A DNA stretch of 64,000 nt from an uncultured Planctomycetota bacterium (GCA_963841915.1 CAWJEN010000006.1:800001-864000); one strand, 5' to 3'; numbered from the stretch's first letter, positions 20,430 through 30,820 are shown. Notes: a model not told the origin generated them from the sequence alone. Translations and numbers: made by a program.

Positions 20430-22409
20430 ATGTTGACCCGCGACGCTGTCAGTTCTGATGCGATGTCTGACGATCCGTTGGCGTCGGCCTCACCGGCCGA
20501 GCGGATCCCGGTGAGCGTTCATCCCGACGCCGCTGCCGCCAGTCGAGCGGTCGCTGCGGAGATCGCGTCCATCATCCGCACCCGCAACGACGCCGGCAGC
20601 GCTGCCGTGCTCGGCCTGGCGACCGGCTCGACGCCGACCGGCGTCTACGACGAGCTCATCCGGTTGCACCAGGACGAAGGCTTGTCGTTCAAGAACGTCG
20701 TCACGTTCAACCTCGACGAGTACTGGCCGATGCAGCCGGGCGATCTGCAGAGCTACGTCCGCTTCATGAAGGAGCACCTGTTCGACCACATCGACATCGA
20801 CCCTGCCAACGTCCATGTGCCCGACGGCACACTCGCCATCGAGGGTGTGGCCGAGTTCTGCCGTGGATATGAGCAGAAGATCCGCGAGCACGGCGGTATC
20901 GACGTCCAGCTTCTCGGCATCGGCAGAACCGGGCACGTCGGCTTCAACGAGCCGGGCAGCCCGCGTGACAGCCGGACGCGACTGATCACGCTCGACAAGG
21001 TGACCCGCGCCGACGCCGCGGCCGACTTTTTTGGCGAAGAAAACGTGCCGCGCCGTGCCATAACGATGGGCGTAGCGAGCATCATGGACGCTCGCCGGGT
21101 CATTCTGCTGGCCTTCGGCGAGCACAAGGCGCCGGTCGTCTGGCGTGCGGTCGAGGGCGAAGTCGACGCGGCAGTAAGCGCGAGCTTTTTGCAGGGGCAC
21201 GAGCACGCGAAGTTCGTGCTCGACCCCGCCGCCGCCGGTGAGCTAACGCGATTGGCCAGGCCTTGGCTGCTCGGCCCGCTGGGCATGAGCGGGCTGGCGT
21301 GGGACGAGGCCATGACCCGCCGGGCAGTGATCTGGCTGGCCCGCAAGCTTGACAAGCCGTTGCTGAAACTCACGGACGCCGACTACAACGAGAACGGGTT
21401 GCAGGAGCTTGTCGCCTCGCGTGGCAGCGCGTACGAGATCAACATTGAGGTCTTCAAAGGCCGCACCCGCACGATCACGGGTTGGCCGGCGGGCAAAGAG
21501 CCGGGCAAGCCCGACTACAGCGGCGTCTACCGCGGCAGCGACGCGTTTCCTAAACGTGTCGTCGTCTTCAGCCCGCACCCCGACGACGACGTCATCTCGA
21601 TGGGTGGCACGTTCATTCGGCTGTGCGACCAGGGACACGACGTGCACGTTGCATACCAGACGAGCGGCAACATCGCTGTCTGGGATGACTCGGCACGGCG
21701 GCACGCCGACCTGCTCGCCGAGGCGGCGGGAGCTTTCGGCCTTGATGCCAAGCAGGCCCGAGACGTGGCAGACCGAATCGAGCGCGACATTGCCGGTAAA
21801 GGGCCCGGCGACGTCGACTCTGAGGAGCTCAAGTCGATGAAGGGGCTGATCCGCCGGACCGAGGCCCGGGCGGCGGCGAGGTACAGCGGCGTCAAAGACG
21901 ACCACATCCACTTCCTCGACATGCCGTTCTACGAAACCGGCCGCGTGCGGAAAAAACCGCTGACGAGCGACGACGTCGACATCATCGTCAAGCTGCTCCG
22001 CGACGTTCGGCCGCACCAGGTCTACGCGGCGGGTGACCTGTCCGACCCGCATGGCACGCACCGCACGTGCCTGGCTGCGGTGCTCAAGGCGCTGGCCGAG
22101 TGTGAGGGCGACGACTGGTACAAGCAGCTGGAGGTCTGGCTGTACCGCGGGGCGTGGCAGGAGTGGGAGCCACAGGACCTGGAGATGGCCGTGCCTTTGT
22201 CACCCGGGGAAGTCGCACGCAAGCGGGCGGCGATCTTCCGGCACGAGAGCCAGAAGGACCGGGCCCGCTTCCCGGGCCGCGACGCTCGTGAGTTCTGGCA
22301 GCGGGCAGAAGACCGCACCCGCGAGACGGCTGCCTGCTACGACGCGCTGGGCCTTGCCGAGTACGAGGCGATTGAGGGCTTCGTCCGGTGGAAGGGCGAG
22401 GCCATGTGA
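20430..22409 (+). CDS. nagB: Glucosamine-6-phosphate deaminase with C-terminal PIG-L/LmbE-like deacetylase domain
   Basis: LGLATGSTP, FNLDEY, LGIGRTGHVGFNEPGS; C-terminal SPHPDDD and DPHGTH. Confidence 0.92.
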   Translation: MLTRDAVSSDAMSDDPLASASPAERIPVSVHPDAAAASRAVAAEIASIIRTRNDAGSAAVLGLATGSTPTGVYDELIRLHQDEGLSFKNVVTFNLDEYWPMQPGDLQSYVRFMKEHLFDHIDIDPANVHVPDGTLAIEGVAEFCRGYEQKIREHGGIDVQLLGIGRTGHVGFNEPGSPRDSRTRLITLDKVTRADAAADFFGEENVPRRAITMGVASIMDARRVILLAFGEHKAPVVWRAVEGEVDAAVSASFLQGHEHAKFVLDPAAAGELTRLARPWLLGPLGMSGLAWDEAMTRRAVIWLARKLDKPLLKLTDADYNENGLQELVASRGSAYEINIEVFKGRTRTITGWPAGKEPGKPDYSGVYRGSDAFPKRVVVFSPHPDDDVISMGGTFIRLCDQGHDVHVAYQTSGNIAVWDDSARRHADLLAEAAGAFGLDAKQARDVADRIERDIAGKGPGDVDSEELKSMKGLIRRTEARAAARYSGVKDDHIHFLDMPFYETGRVRKKPLTSDDVDIIVKLLRDVRPHQVYAAGDLSDPHGTHRTCLAAVLKALAECEGDDWYKQLEVWLYRGAWQEWEPQDLEMAVPLSPGEVARKRAAIFRHESQKDRARFPGRDAREFWQRAEDRTRETAACYDALGLAEYEAIEGFVRWKGEAM

Positions 22410-22423
22410 CCCTTTGCCGCGAT

Positions 22424-23053
22424 TCAGTTGTTGCGATACAGGTCGTTCTGCCTGATGTACCGGGCGACGCCATCGGAAACAAGCTCATCGATCGGCTCGC
22501 CTGCTGCCACGCGACGGCGGACGAGCGTCGAGCTGACATCGAGCGGCGTCACCTTGACCACATGATCGCGCAAATGTCGGACCTGCGCCGGTAGCGAGGC
22601 CCAGTCGATCACGTGACCCGGCCGGGCCATCACGACGAACTGCAAAATGGTGGGCGGCACTGCCAACAGGTCGGCAGCCCGGTGCCAACGCGGCAGGCCG
22701 GCGAGCAGGTCCGCGCCGATCAACCAAGGCGTCGGCTGACCCATTTTTGCAGAAATTTCAGCGGCGGTGTCGGCGGTGAAGCTCGGGCCGGCCCGCAACA
22801 CTTCGCGATTATCCACAATGAAGAACGGATCGCCTTCAACGGCGACGCGGCACATTGCCACACGGTCCTTGGCCGATGCACTGCCGCCCTCCTTGAACGG
22901 AGACTGACCAGCCACGACGAGACGAACGGCGTCGAAACCACCCGATTCCGCGGCATTTCGAGCAGTATTGAGATGGCCTAGATGAACGGGATCAAAACTG
23001 CCGCCGAAGCAAAGCTCGTTGGCAGCGGCAAGATGTGGGCTCTGCGGGGTCAC
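22424..23053 (-). CDS. nadD: Nicotinate-nucleotide adenylyltransferase
   Basis: FGGSFDPVHLGH, SFTADT, LIGAD, VSSTLVR. Confidence 0.9.
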   Translation of the reverse strand: MTPQSPHLAAANELCFGGSFDPVHLGHLNTARNAAESGGFDAVRLVVAGQSPFKEGGSASAKDRVAMCRVAVEGDPFFIVDNREVLRAGPSFTADTAAEISAKMGQPTPWLIGADLLAGLPRWHRAADLLAVPPTILQFVVMARPGHVIDWASLPAQVRHLRDHVVKVTPLDVSSTLVRRRVAAGEPIDELVSDGVARYIRQNDLYRNN

Positions 23054-23550
23054 CAGTTTGCAGTAGATTTAACTTCGTGTTGACACGACCATCGAAGGCT
23101 GTACCTTCCAGGCCCCGATGGCTGCTAGGCAGGTCAACACCGGCTGGCAACATGCGTGAGGCCTTTTGTGGCATCGCCCATGCTTGACAGGCGGCGGGTC
23201 GGTGCCACGACCCCGTTGCCCCTTTAGAGGCGAAGCGGCTTGCCAGGTGCGACCGCGGGCTGACTCGCGGGTACTACCTGTTGAGACGGCTTTACCGCCT
23301 CTATGCCGGAATGGTACGTGGCTTGGCGTCCGCTTTGCAGCGGACGCTGGACCGCCACCGGTAGAGGCGACGCCGGCGATGTTCAGATAACCGTCTGAAT
23401 CTGCCGACGGCCGCAGACGAACCTTCCGCCCCGCCGACTGGCGCCGGCGGGATGTAGGCCACGATGCTAGGCGACCCGTCCGGTCACCAGCGACAACCAG
23501 ATCCTAAACCGCCTGACGCGAGTGCGAAGGGCTACCCCCAACTGATCGAG

Positions 23551-24750
23551 ATGACGAAGACGACAAAGACGGCACCGGAAGCCAATGCCTCCACCGAGGC
23601 TCCGCGTAAGCCCGTGATCCATTCCCGGACGGTCGAGGCCCAGAAGGCCGCCCGCAACAGCGAGGGCGAGGTCGGTGCACCTCTGCGCCGCCGCGTCGAG
23701 GCGCTGTTGGCCGAGGAGTTTGACTTCATGGACTCCGAGCAGTTCCAACGCAAGGGCATCGAAAAAGAGCTCTTCGGCGAAGACATTCCCATGCTGCCGC
23801 TTGTCGACTGGTACCAGCCGACACGCGACGATGCGTTCGACAAGACCGAGAACGTCAGCGCTCCGACGCTCATGAAGCCGCCGGAAGAGCGGCTGATGTT
23901 CGCTCGCTTCAACTACGCCAAGCTCAAGATCGGCCGCGTCCAGCGTCGCATCAAGAAGAAGGGCCTCAAGAACCTCGAGCGTAAGGACGGCCAGGAACTG
24001 GTCGTCTGGAACGACCGCTTCGAGCACCTTCGCGAGTACCTGGTCCGCACGAACCTCGCCCTCGTCCTGGCCATGGCCAAGCGGACGCGGCTGGGCGACG
24101 TCGACTTCGCAGAAGTGGTTTCCGAGGGTAACATGGCCCTCATCCGCGCGGTTGATAAGTTCAACGTCGACAAGGGCTTCAAGTTCAGCACGTACGCTTG
24201 CCGGGCCATCCTGAAGGCGTTCAGCCGGACGGCCATGAAGCACTCGCGTCACCGCCAGCGGTTCCCCGTCGAGTTCGAGCCGGACCTCGAGAAGTCGAAC
24301 TGGCTCGAAACCAAGCGTGGCGATGTTCGTGACGATTGTGTCGTCGAACTCAAGACGATCGTCGACCGCAACATGGCCGATTTGACCGATGTCGAGCAGA
24401 CCGTGCTCAAGCGTCGCTTCAACTGGGAGCAGGACACGAACAACCCGCTCACCCTGGAGCAGGTCGGCAAGATCATCGGCGTCACGAAGGAGCGGGTGCG
24501 CCAGATCCAGAACAAGGCGCTGGCCAAGATCCGCAAGCTCATGGAAGAAGGCGTGCTTCGCAGCGAATCGCGTGAACGGCAGTTCGATGGCGACGCGCTC
24601 AAGCTTCGCGGCTTCGAAGTCGACCTCATGCGGATCGAGGCAGAAGCCCGTGGCGAGCGGTTCGACCTCTTCGCCGACGAGCCGCCGACGTTCAATCCCG
24701 ACGAATTCGAGCTTGATCCCGAGCCGAACCTCGCCGCGGTCAAGGACTGA
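23551..24750 (+). CDS. Sigma-70 family RNA polymerase sigma factor (start uncertain; ORF opens at 23464)
   Basis: Region 2 NLALVLAMAK...EGNMALIRAVDKFNVDKGFKFSTYA; region 4 TLEQVGKIIGVTKERVRQIQNKAL. Confidence 0.9.
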   Translation: MTKTTKTAPEANASTEAPRKPVIHSRTVEAQKAARNSEGEVGAPLRRRVEALLAEEFDFMDSEQFQRKGIEKELFGEDIPMLPLVDWYQPTRDDAFDKTENVSAPTLMKPPEERLMFARFNYAKLKIGRVQRRIKKKGLKNLERKDGQELVVWNDRFEHLREYLVRTNLALVLAMAKRTRLGDVDFAEVVSEGNMALIRAVDKFNVDKGFKFSTYACRAILKAFSRTAMKHSRHRQRFPVEFEPDLEKSNWLETKRGDVRDDCVVELKTIVDRNMADLTDVEQTVLKRRFNWEQDTNNPLTLEQVGKIIGVTKERVRQIQNKALAKIRKLMEEGVLRSESRERQFDGDALKLRGFEVDLMRIEAEARGERFDLFADEPPTFNPDEFELDPEPNLAAVKD

Positions 24751-24770
24751 GGCAGGCGAGACCAATCACG

Positions 24771-24802
24771 AGCCCGGCAGCAAATGGCTGCCGGGCTTCT
24801 TT
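24771..24802 (+). terminator. Intrinsic terminator after the sigma factor
   Basis: AGCCCGGCAGC-aaatg-GCTGCCGGGCT followed by TCTTT. Confidence 0.7.
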
Positions 24803-24824
24803 GTGCGCGGTCCGTCGGGAACTA

Positions 24825-25757
24825 ATGTCGGGCATGCCCATCAGCGAGTTCCCGGCGACCGAGACTTGGCTGCCGACGATCAAGATTGCGATTCACGAAG
24901 ATCTTGCCGGTGGCGGCATTGAGGCCGATGTCACGGGCCGGCTTATCATTCCGCGAGGACTCGAAGGCGTGGCGACGCTCGTGCAGAAGGCGCGGGGCGT
25001 AACCTGTGGTCTGCCGGCGGTGGGGACGATCTGTCACCTGTTCGACGACGGCATCACGGTCGATCCCCCCATCGACCACGCCCGCGACGGAGACTATCTC
25101 GAAGCCTCGTCTGCCCAGCCGGTGCCGTTGCTGCGGCTTCGCGGGCCGGTTCGGTCGCTACTGGCGGCAGAGCGGACGATGCTCAACCTCGTCTGCCACC
25201 TCAGCGGCGTCGCGACGATGACACACCAGTTCGTCAAACAGTGCGAGGGCACGGCGGCCCAGATATTCGACACGCGAAAAACGATGCCGGGCCTGAGGTC
25301 GCTGCAGAAGTACGCCGTCACCTGCGGCGGGGGCGTCAACCACCGCATGGCGTTGCACGACATGGTTCTGGTGAAAGACAATCACCTCGCACTCGCAGGC
25401 GTGGCCGAGGGGCAGCCGCTGCACAAGGCGATCGAGGAGGTCGTTGCCCGCAGTCACAAAGAAGCGATCGAGCGGCCTATAGAGGTCGAGGTCGACACGA
25501 TGGAGCAGTTCCGCGAGGTGCTGTCCGTCGACGGTGTCGACGTCATTCTGCTGGACAACATGACGCCGCAGCAGCTGCAGCAGTGCGTCAGCCTGCGCGA
25601 CGCGACCGGCCACTCGACGCCTCTTCTCGAAGCCAGCGGTGGTGTTTCGCTCGACACCGTCGCTTCCATTGCTCGAAGCGGCGTCGAGCGGATCAGCGTC
25701 GGCGCGATCACGCACTCTGTGCCGTCGCTCGACCTGTCGCTCGACGTCACGGTCTGA
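24825..25757 (+). CDS. nadC: Nicotinate-nucleotide diphosphorylase (carboxylating)
   Basis: ERTMLN, DTRKTMPG, NHR, KDNH, IEVEVD, LLDN, EASGG, ISVGAITHS. Confidence 0.95.
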   Translation: MSGMPISEFPATETWLPTIKIAIHEDLAGGGIEADVTGRLIIPRGLEGVATLVQKARGVTCGLPAVGTICHLFDDGITVDPPIDHARDGDYLEASSAQPVPLLRLRGPVRSLLAAERTMLNLVCHLSGVATMTHQFVKQCEGTAAQIFDTRKTMPGLRSLQKYAVTCGGGVNHRMALHDMVLVKDNHLALAGVAEGQPLHKAIEEVVARSHKEAIERPIEVEVDTMEQFREVLSVDGVDVILLDNMTPQQLQQCVSLRDATGHSTPLLEASGGVSLDTVASIARSGVERISVGAITHSVPSLDLSLDVTV

Positions 25758-25773
25758 CATGTCGCGCACCGAA

Positions 25774-25807
25774 AAGCCTCTGAAGACGTCACCGTCTTCA
25801 GAGGCTT
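25774..25807. terminator. Hairpin between convergent genes (probable terminator)
   Basis: AAGCCTCTGAAGACG-tcac-CGTCTTCAGAGGCTT, 15-bp perfect stem. Confidence 0.75.
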
Positions 25808-25834
25808 AGGGAGAGAGAGATCTGTTGCGACGGC

Positions 25835-26104
25835 TCAGTCGTTGACAAGGTCGTCAGCGGCGTCTTCGACATCCTCGGCGGTGTCTTCCATCGAATCCTT
25901 CATGTCATCGCCGGCCTCTTCCACGTTGTCGCCGAGATTGTCCATCCCGTCGCTCATGTCATCGCCCATGTCATTCATGTCGTCATTGACGGAATCGACG
26001 TCGTCATTGAGTTCGGGCTCGTCGCTGTCACAGCCGACGGTGACACCAGCGAAGAGGAAGGTGGCGGTCAGGGCGACGAGGAGCTTCAGGAGCTTGGTGT
26101 TCAT
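25835..26104 (-). CDS. Small, highly acidic lipoprotein
   Basis: Signal peptide ending VTVG-C; mature part rich in D/E/M with repeats. Confidence 0.8.
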   Translation of the reverse strand: MNTKLLKLLVALTATFLFAGVTVGCDSDEPELNDDVDSVNDDMNDMGDDMSDGMDNLGDNVEEAGDDMKDSMEDTAEDVEDAADDLVND

Positions 26105-26189
26105 AGCGTTGGTTCTGCGGGGTCAGGCGGTCGGCCTGGCTGATTGGTGGCCCACCGGACATTCGGCGGGCATGTAGGTGAGTCTAATG

Positions 26190-26660
26190 CTAATCCCGTG
26201 CCACGCCAGTTGGAATGTCAGATCCGGACAGGGCTGACAGCTCGCCGTTGAGGTACGCCTGAAGAAAGCCGGCGGCGGCGACGGCGTCGAGACGCTTCTT
26301 CTTCCGCTTCCGCGTCAGGTTCTCGCCCCCGCGACGCCGACTCGCCAGCACCGCCTCTGCCGCCAAACTGCTTTGACGCTCGTCAACCAGGCACAGCGGC
26401 AACTTGACCGCATCTGCGACGCTGCGGGCCCAGGTCCGCACGTTCTTGGCCGATGGCCCCTCCGTACCGTCCATGTTGATCGGCAGGCCCACGACCAGCA
26501 CCTCGGCCCCTTCCCGCTCGACAACCGCCACAATTTCGGCCTGGGCGACAGCGTCCGTCGTAACCTCCAGCACCGCCAGCGGCGACACGAAGGTGCCACC
26601 GGCGTCGCTGAGTGCCAATCCGACGCGGCGTGTGCCGTAGTCGATGCCAAGGTGTCGCAT
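26190..26660 (-). CDS. ruvX: YqgF/RuvX family nuclease
   Basis: LGIDYGTRRVGLALSD, VVGLP, VDERQSS, LDAVAAA. Confidence 0.92.
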   Translation of the reverse strand: MRHLGIDYGTRRVGLALSDAGGTFVSPLAVLEVTTDAVAQAEIVAVVEREGAEVLVVGLPINMDGTEGPSAKNVRTWARSVADAVKLPLCLVDERQSSLAAEAVLASRRRGGENLTRKRKKKRLDAVAAAGFLQAYLNGELSALSGSDIPTGVARD

Positions 26661-26671
26661 GCGCTGCCTCC

Positions 26672-27793
26672 TCAGATGTACCGGTCGCCGAACTTCTCCT
26701 TGAGCGGCCCTTCGACGAGCTGCTTCACCTTCTCAGCGTCGGCCTTGGGGCACACCAGCGTGCAGTCGGCTGTGTGCACGATCACCATATCGCTCACGCC
26801 GATGAGGGCGATGAGGTGGTCGGGCGTCTTCTCGTCGCGGCTGAGGATGATGTTGGCGTCCGACTCGAGCAACGCCGTCGCCGGGGCGTCGATCGCGTTG
26901 TCGGCGTCGTCGGTGTCGAGCGTCTCGGCCAGGGCGGGCCAACTGCCGACGTCGAGCCAGCTCACGGGCAGCTCCACGACTGCCACGCCCTCCGTTGCAC
27001 CACTGCGACGACTTGCCGGCTCTAGGACCGCGTAGTCGATGCTGATCTTCGGCAGCGACGGGTAGACGTCGCTGACGACCTGGGCCTGCTGATCCGTGCC
27101 CCACGCGTCGGCGATTTTTGACAGGCCGCGATGGCTTTCGGGCAGGAACTCCTTGAGCGCGTCGAGCACGGTGGCAGCCCGCCACACGAACATGCCACTG
27201 TTCCAGTAGTATCGGCCGCTTTCGACGTACCGGTCGGCGGTCGGCTTGTCGGGCTTTTCCTTGAATGCTTGGACTGAGTAGACGCCCGTCTGGCCGTCGA
27301 CGTCGTCAATCGCGCTGGAGCGTTGGACGTAGCCCAGGCCCGTATGGCCGTGCGTGGGGACGACGCCAAACGTCACGAGCAGGTCGTGGTGCTGCTCGAC
27401 GACGTCGAAGCCCGCATTAAGCCGATCGGCGAATGTTTCGACAGGCGTGATGACGTGATCTGCGGTGACGACTGCGAACGTCGCATCGGGATCGTTCTTG
27501 GCAAGCACAGCCGCCGGAAAGCCGACGGCGTTGGCGGTGTCGCGACCTTCGGGCTCGCCGAGCAGGTTGTTGTCGGGCAGCTCAGGCAAGTCCTTCAGGA
27601 CGGCTGCGCGGTGCTGCTCACCGGTGCAGACGTAGATCCGCTCGGCGGGCATCGAATGCAGCAGCCGTTCGAACGCGAGGCGGAGCAGACTCTTGCCTTT
27701 GGCGACGGGGAGCAGCTGCTTTGGGGTATTGCCCCGTGAAAGCGGCCAGAGCCGTTTGCCGCTGCCGCCGGCCATGATGACGCCGTATCGCAT
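26672..27793 (-). CDS. manC: Mannose-1-phosphate guanylyltransferase
   Basis: MAGGSGKRLWPLSR..PKQ, EPEGRDTA, FKEKP, YWNSGMF, SIDYAVLE, WLDVGSW. Confidence 0.92.
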   Translation of the reverse strand: MRYGVIMAGGSGKRLWPLSRGNTPKQLLPVAKGKSLLRLAFERLLHSMPAERIYVCTGEQHRAAVLKDLPELPDNNLLGEPEGRDTANAVGFPAAVLAKNDPDATFAVVTADHVITPVETFADRLNAGFDVVEQHHDLLVTFGVVPTHGHTGLGYVQRSSAIDDVDGQTGVYSVQAFKEKPDKPTADRYVESGRYYWNSGMFVWRAATVLDALKEFLPESHRGLSKIADAWGTDQQAQVVSDVYPSLPKISIDYAVLEPASRRSGATEGVAVVELPVSWLDVGSWPALAETLDTDDADNAIDAPATALLESDANIILSRDEKTPDHLIALIGVSDMVIVHTADCTLVCPKADAEKVKQLVEGPLKEKFGDRYI

Positions 27794-27894
27794 GAGGAAG
27801 TCGTGAGTCTTGCGTAGATCGAGAGGAGAAGGGTGCCGGCCGATTTCACGCGTTGTGTCGCGGCGGGCAGTCGGGCAAGAGTAGCGTCACGATC

Positions 27895-28125
27895 ATGGCA
27901 CACGTTTGCAACATCGATGCTAAAGGTCGACTTTTTCGCGGGCTGCTCGGCCTCGCCGCCTGCGTGGTCGCGCTGATCGTCCTGCTCGCCTGGGCGTTGC
28001 CGTCGGGCGCGGTGCTTGCGTGGGTACTCGTCGCCGTGGTGGCGGGCGTTGGCCTCTTCGGGCTGTACGAGTCGTACCACGGCTGGTGTGCCGCCCGGGC
28101 ACTGGGAATTAAAACACCGTTCTAG
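27895..28125 (+). CDS. Small two-TM membrane protein (DUF2892/YgaP-like)
   Basis: CNID..GRLFR, two hydrophobic helices, GWC.ARALGIKT. Confidence 0.65.
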   Translation: MAHVCNIDAKGRLFRGLLGLAACVVALIVLLAWALPSGAVLAWVLVAVVAGVGLFGLYESYHGWCAARALGIKTPF

Positions 28126-28130
28126 CCGAC

Positions 28131-29787
28131 ATGGCCACCACTGACCTGCCGACCGTCTGGCTGTTCGAGGATCAGCTCAATCCGCGGGTGACGGCGTTGG
28201 CCGAAGCGCCGAAGGACTCGCCGGTATTGCTCGTCGAGAGCGACGTGAACTTCCGCATGTTTCCGTTTCACAAGAAGCGGATCACGTTCCTCGTCAGCGC
28301 GATGCGGCACTTCGCGGCAGAGCTGGAGACGGCGGGGCACGATGTCCGCCACTACCCGCTCAAGCCTCGCGGCTACCGCGACGCGTTGTCCGCGTTGGTC
28401 CATCACCTCAAGAAGCGCAAGAACCGCGAGCTGTGGATCACCGAGCCCAGCGAATGGCACACGCGGCATTGGCTCGAGACTGTGCCAAGCCGCCTGGCTA
28501 GCGAGTTTGGTGTCGAAGGCGTGACGATCCGATGGCTGCCGAACCGTCTGTTCCTGACCGATCGCCAGCATTTTGCGACGTGGCTGGGCGGTCGCAAGAA
28601 GCCGGTCATGGAGCACTACTACCGCCAGATGCGGCGGCGAGCACGACCTGCTCATGGACGAAGGCAAGCCGGCCGGTGGCACTTGGAACTACGACAAGCT
28701 CAACCGCAAGTCGGCCCCGAAGGGTCACGTATTTCCGGAGTCGCCAAGCTATGAACCCGACGAAATCACGCTCGAGGTGATGAAGGAGGTCGAGCGACGC
28801 TTTGCCACGCACCCGGGCAGCACCGAAGGCTTTGATCTGCCTTGCGATCGCCAGACGGCCAAGGCGGCGTTCGATCGTTTCGTGAAGGAGCGGTTGCCGC
28901 TGTTCGGCGACTACGAGGACGCCATGGTGACGGGCGAGCGGACGCTGTACCACAGCATCGTGTCGCCGCTGTTCAACGCCGGGCTGGTCGAGCCTCTGGC
29001 GTTGTGCAAGCTGGTCGAAAAGGCGTGGCGGCAGGGCAAGGTGCCTCTGAACGCGGCCGAGGGGTTCATCCGCCAGATCATCGGCTGGCGAGAGTTCGTC
29101 TACGGCATCTACTGGTCCCTCATGCCCGAGTACCGCACGCGCAACCCGCGCGGCGACAGTCGGCCACTGCCCGGCTTCTTCTGGGACGCCGAGACCGACA
29201 TGAACTGCCTGAAGCAGTCGATCGGCCACGTGGTCGACGACGGCTTCAGCCACCACATCCAGCGGCTGATGGTCATCTGCAACTTCGCCACGCTCGCCGG
29301 CCTGTCGCCTCAGGCGGTCAACGACTGGTTCCTGGCCATGTACGTCGACAGCCACGACTGGGTCGTCACGCCCAACGTCATCGGCATGGCCATGAACAGC
29401 GACGACGGCGTCATCGCGACCAAGCCCTACGTCAGCAGTGCCAACTACATCAACAAGATGAGCGACTACTGCAGCGGTTGCCGATTCAATCCGAAAGAGC
29501 GGATCGGCCCGAAGGCGTGCCCGTTCAACTTCATGTACTGGTCGTTCATGGACGACCACCGCGAGCAACTCGGCCGCAACCCGCGTACAAGTCGGCAGCT
29601 CAAGATTCTCGACGGCTTCGGCGAACAGGTCATCAACGAGATGCGCCGCCTACGGGAGACGTTCTTGGAAGAAGTCGCCCCCCGAAAGGTGAAGGGCGGC
29701 GACGACTACGCCCAATGGAACCAGCCACGCGGCAGGGCGGAGGCCGAGGGCAAGACCGTGTATAACGGCCGCCATGACGCAGACTGA
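28131..29787 (+). CDS. FeS-cluster bacterial cryptochrome/(6-4) photolyase (PhrB/CryB type), frameshifted near 28638
   Basis: LFEDQL, HKKRI..SAMRHFA, MEHYYRQMRR | WNYDKLNRK, EGFIRQIIGWREF, HHIQRLM; Cys ligands in MNCL, DYCSGC and ACPF. Confidence 0.88.
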
Positions 29788-30196
29788 TCCGGATGAACAG
29801 CCAATTGAGGCGGTTCTCTTCAACTACCCAGATCAAGAAGCCAGCGCAGATCTTGGGACGTTCGTCCGGAGGATTTTTGGCATTTGGTACGCCTTCTATT
29901 ACATCGGCTTGATCTTCGACTACTCCGTTGCGATCGCCGTTTCTAAAACGGGGACGAGCGACGTTTGGGACATGTACCTGCCGTGGATCGGTTCGAGCGT
30001 CGTTGGCGTCGGGATGTGTATCGGGATTGCCTCGTACACGCCAAAAAACAACAGCAGTCTCGGCTACGCCGGCGACATCTTCAACGCTGCTTGGTACGCA
30101 TATGTTGCTCCGGCCGGCAACATCAGCGTTGGAATCTTTGTGTTGGCAAAAGCACACCGGCTCGCCGCGTTCATCACGCGGCGAGCCGGTAGCTAA
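29774..30196 (+). CDS. Hypothetical membrane protein
   Basis: 140-aa ORF with three hydrophobic segments; looks less GC-rich than its neighbours. Confidence 0.5.
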   Translation: MTQTDPDEQPIEAVLFNYPDQEASADLGTFVRRIFGIWYAFYYIGLIFDYSVAIAVSKTGTSDVWDMYLPWIGSSVVGVGMCIGIASYTPKNNSSLGYAGDIFNAAWYAYVAPAGNISVGIFVLAKAHRLAAFITRRAGS

Positions 30197-30215
30197 CTGA
30201 AGCTGACAAGTAGTC

Positions 30216-30704
30216 TTAGTTGTCGCTGTTCTGCTCCGACGGGACGACCCGCAGGTCGTACCGTTGGCCGCGGTTGTTGTTGCTGGTGCCGGCGGCGTCG
30301 TTGCTGCCGTCGAGCGGGAGCAGGTACGTGATGTACGTCCGCGTCGGCGACAGCGTCTCGACCGTTTGCACCTCGTTGCCCGCCAGCGTCGCCCGGCCAC
30401 TTTGGCCGCTGACGAGCAGCGTCTGACCACGCTGGACGTGGTACTGGCCGACGACCGAGTTGTTGTTGAGGTCGTAGAGATAAACGATGCCGTCACCCGT
30501 GGCCTCGTAAGAGAGCGAACCCTTGCCGCGGGCCTTCTCCTGGGCCGAGGCCGGCACACCTGCACGCAGGTTCACCGGCGGTTCTTTGGGTTCCATAGCG
30601 GCCTGCTTCTCGGACTCGGACGGCCCGCTCGAAGCGCAGCCGGTAAGGCCGATCGCCGTAAAGGCAAGAATTGAAAGCACACACAGCGGGCGATTAAGAA
30701 GCAT
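30216..30704 (-). CDS. Hypothetical lipoprotein
   Basis: Lipobox LTG-C; TATAAT 6 nt before the ATG. Confidence 0.75.
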   Translation of the reverse strand: MLLNRPLCVLSILAFTAIGLTGCASSGPSESEKQAAMEPKEPPVNLRAGVPASAQEKARGKGSLSYEATGDGIVYLYDLNNNSVVGQYHVQRGQTLLVSGQSGRATLAGNEVQTVETLSPTRTYITYLLPLDGSNDAAGTSNNNRGQRYDLRVVPSEQNSDN

Positions 30705-30820
30705 GGATCGATTATAGCAATCGACTGTCCCTTCCGTTAAGGCCTGTTCTCGCCACGCCAGGTAGACGGGCGCGCCCTTTGCTGTGAGGTAGGTCGATGT
30801 TGCTGTACCGACTCGATCCC

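Noticed and set aside
22809..22817. Perfect DnaA box TTATCCACA as a sign of oriC
   Set aside because: Single copy inside nadD with no box cluster or AT-rich unwinding element; compatible with chance
23467..24765. Long antisense ORFs (e.g. 23467-24765, 35978-37825, 18341-19759, 32587-33921)
   Set aside because: Shadow ORFs opposite well-supported genes, expected at high GC; no recognisable motifs
28620..28650. Programmed frameshifting in the photolyase, pyrD or GH30 genes
   Set aside because: No slippery heptamer or clear stimulatory structure; sequencing indels are more parsimonious
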